Source: the human T2T-CHM13v2.0 reference genome, Homo sapiens
Length of the DNA: 64,000 nucleotides
Direction: 5' to 3' (one strand)
Assembly (NCBI RefSeq): GCF_009914755.1
Contig: NC_060929.1
Shown here: piece by piece, positions 63,151-64,000 of the stretch
How the letters are laid out: each line of letters starts with the position of its first letter
How positions within the stretch are numbered: the stretch's first letter is position 1
Position numbers and translations under genes: made by a program
The notes under the pieces: generated by a model
The model's input: only the letters and a program-made list of their open reading frames with translations
Database searches by the model: none
What the model was told of the DNA's origin: nothing

Positions 63151-64000
63151 TAGCTCTTCGATTTGTTATTTTGGACTGCCATTCTAGAATAAGGATCCTC
63201 TTTCCTGCCCCAATTATGTGGGACTTTTTTCAGTCTCCTCTTACTTATTTGAAACACTTTTGCCTAGAGGGTAATGCCAGTACATCAAGTTCTTCCCACA
63301 ATACTCTGCTGTAGATTGAAATTTTCTATGAAATTTACTTGGATGCAATTTCAGGGACTTTAGTTACTAAATGCTATCATGCACTTTATTCTAAAAAGGT
63401 GTCACATGTAAGGTGGCCAGCAGGCATGGGCAGTGTGGAGGGAAGCTCTGGCATCTTCTGGATGACATTCCTGTGCTAGTCTTCATGACAGTCAGCTGCC
63501 AGAACAATCTGTCCATATGTCTCTTAAGTTCAAACATACCTAGATTTGACCTGTCCATGTTTCCATGGAAGTCACATTGTTGCCCCTCTTAAATGTCTGT
63601 GAAGCTGGTTTACTGTCTGAACTCTGACCAGGATAGGAACGTGGTGCTTTGCACTTAGGCACTTCCTTAATATACTTACTCTGGTGAAAGTATTAGCTAA
63701 TTCTGCTTCCAATTTGGGATTTGAAAATAAAAATAAATAGCAGTTGAGAAATAGCCTTTTGTCCTTCCTCCTTCCAATATAGAACATCTACCATACATGA
63801 AATGAATCTTAGAAGACTGAGGGAAATAAGAGCTGAGCCCTGCCCTCAGGGGATCTGTTGTAGGGTAGGTATGAAACTATGACATGATGGCAAATGTGAT
63901 CAGAAAATGAAGGGTGGGGCATATGAGATTTAGGGAGAACTTAGAGGGGAAAGACTGGGCTTCTATGGGGGTGATTAAGAGAGACTTTGAGCTGTCCCGA

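Noticed and set aside
63494-63506. 13-mer agctgccagaaca identical to positions 1-13
   Set aside because: The match does not extend, and such matches are expected by chance in 64 kb.

Overview
This is primate genomic DNA, very probably human or great ape, judged from AluJ/AluS, L1PA, MIR, L2, MaLR and hAT-Charlie relics. It is AT-rich and CpG-depleted, with well over half made of old interspersed repeats. I recognise no protein-coding gene, RNA gene or CpG island, and I cannot name the locus. The ORF track consists of L1/Alu remnants and chance ORFs. About 6.7-27.2 kb is a nested L1 graveyard: L1ME, L1MC, a full-length ~6.3 kb L1PA15/16-like copy with a TSD, plus Alus and MaLR LTRs. The best leads outside ordinary repeats are: (i) a ~350-bp unique CpG-retaining segment at ~32.0-32.35 kb with overlapping minus-strand ORFs, splice-like sites, an inverted repeat and flanking inverted Alus; (ii) a young poly(A)-tailed 3'UTR retrocopy at ~48.46-48.65 kb; (iii) a 75-bp-arm inverted repeat at 55.37-55.78 kb; (iv) a near-perfect 70-bp tandem duplication; and (v) several homeobox/RFX-motif enhancer candidates. 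I found no support for a new multi-gene system. Repeat subfamily names come from remembered consensus sequences and need RepeatMasker/Dfam confirmation. Boundaries without a TSD are approximate.
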